64,000 nt of DNA. Source: Parasitella parasitica NRRL 2501. Lineage: Eukaryota > Fungi > Mucoromycota. How positions within the stretch are numbered: the stretch's first letter is position 1; every line of letters begins with the position of its first letter. The DNA is taken from the NCBI GenBank assembly GCA_025201805.1, contig MU619248.1, positions 248,001-312,000 on the forward strand. Reading direction: 5' to 3'. Position numbers and translations under genes: made by a program. Of the stretch, positions 62,844 through 64,000 are shown one piece after another. A model generated the notes under the pieces. The model was given only the letters and a program-made list of their open reading frames with translations, was not told where the DNA came from and searched no databases.

Positions 62844-63520
62844 ATGTCTGTATACGTTGGTTTAGTTTGGCGTTTATTCTTTCCGCGTTGTATGTAATTT
62901 CCCCCTCCCCACCTTACCCTTGTAGCAATGTATTATCTATCCTTAAATTATATAATAAATCATTATCTTTATGTGTATGTAGAGATGATATAAAGCATTA
63001 ATTCACTTGACACTTGTGCATGAGCATACTATTGGATGCATATGCAATGGTAAAAAAAAAAGCACTTTGTAGGCAAATATTGTATGCACTTTGATAAATA
63101 ATTTAATGTGAGTGTACTGATTTATCACTCCATATTACAGCCCGGTTTGCATTTACGTAACAAATCTCAACTAGCTCCCCCTTTACATCATATATCAACA
63201 CGCCCCTCACAAGCTACTAATTAATATAGTAATATCAGCCCATTTTTTGACCGGAAAAGTGAATTTTAGCAATGAACATGGATTACTTGCGCATGAGCAA
63301 CTCGAAATGACAAAGAATTCTTATGTATATAACTTGTAAGCCTTCACCTGAAGTGTTTCCTTAAAAGATACGCTATCAATTTTAAGGTTATCTCGCAAAT
63401 GGCAACAAATCCTCAATCTAGTTCTTGAAAACATTCTAGTTCGTGTTTAATTATTATGCGTACGAAATGCATCTTTATTATATAAGTATGAAATTTTTAA
63501 AACTAAAGCTGATGATTTAT

Positions 63521-64000
63521 CTAAATTTTGAGGGCTTCCTCGATGCAAAAATTAATGAAATCTTTTCTATAAGACATGTTCATGCCAAAGTGTCGACTGA
63601 GCTGTTCTCTTACTTGCTTTTTGGTCATTGTCATAAGATCTGCTGTCGCGGTGATACGTTGTACTTCTCTACGAATTTCCTCGTCAGTGGGATGGTATAC
63701 GTTATTGTTATCCAGCATCGTGTTATTATTGACCATGGAGGGATACATGCCACCGCCATAAGTAAGACTTGCTTCACTGTAGATAGAAGGAGCAGACATC
63801 ATTGGCATAGACATTGGCGGGTGTTGCTGCATTGGAGCCATGTTTAATACAGAAGGTGGGCCCATCACAATGGACGATGCCCGTCCTGCTAGATTTTGAT
63901 GCGAATATCTAAAACTAGCGTTGTCGTTGAAGGCTTGTCCACCACCATTGATGATACTGCCAGCTGCTGTAGCAGCAATTGGCATTTGATGCATGCTAGA
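63521..64000 (-). CDS. 3' end of a DEK_C-domain protein, most likely a class V-type chitin synthase (truncated by window edge)
   Basis: C-terminal PTDEEIRREVQRITATADLMTMTKKQVREQLSRHFGMNMSYRKDFINFCIEEAL, the DEK_C pattern of fungal chitin synthases. Confidence 0.8.
   Translation of the reverse strand, partial: SSMHQMPIAATAAGSIINGGGQAFNDNASFRYSHQNLAGRASSIVMGPPSVLNMAPMQQHPPMSMPMMSAPSIYSEASLTYGGGMYPSMVNNNTMLDNNNVYHPTDEEIRREVQRITATADLMTMTKKQVREQLSRHFGMNMSYRKDFINFCIEEALKI

Noticed and set aside
1-64000. CRISPR arrays, prokaryotic operons or defence systems
   Set aside because: The sequence is clearly eukaryotic with spliceosomal introns, and no repeat-spacer array is present

Overview
This is a gene-dense, intron-rich eukaryotic scaffold segment from an early-diverging fungus. 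Short GT-AG introns (about 50-70 nt), AT-rich intergenic DNA, a class II DAHP synthase, a plant/basidiomycete-type H+-ATPase, MYSM1 and a DEK_C chitin synthase point to Mucorales (inference). About 24 protein genes can be assembled by hand: RRN3, a C2H2 TF, ADE1, a secreted GPI-type glycoprotein, TMEM234, a METTL21-like methyltransferase, a PLB1-like lipase, DAHP synthase II, an NDT80-like TF, MYSM1, PMA1, a 4CL-like ligase, GDH2, a TPR protein, PDS5, ADA2, a questin-oxidase-like protein, FRG1, an MCM1/SRF MADS-box TF, a small secreted Cys protein, ERG20, ATP5, an orphan and the 3' end of a chitin synthase. Two solo LTRs with 5-bp target-site duplications lie at 56.7-58.0 kb, with degenerate copies of both families at 34.3-36.3 kb. 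There are four N gaps. I found no rRNA, tRNA or CRISPR, and I cannot claim a new multi-gene system. The best leads are (i) structured non-coding elements: an intergenic multibranch RNA candidate at 15.8 kb, long-range stems inside three unusually long introns, and folded elements 3' of ADE1 and GDH2; (ii) a spliced small secreted Cys-rich protein missed by the ORF track; (iii) three GC-AG introns in nearby genes; and (iv) a fungal MYSM1 with an intact JAMM site. All gene names come from motif recognition by eye, without database searches.
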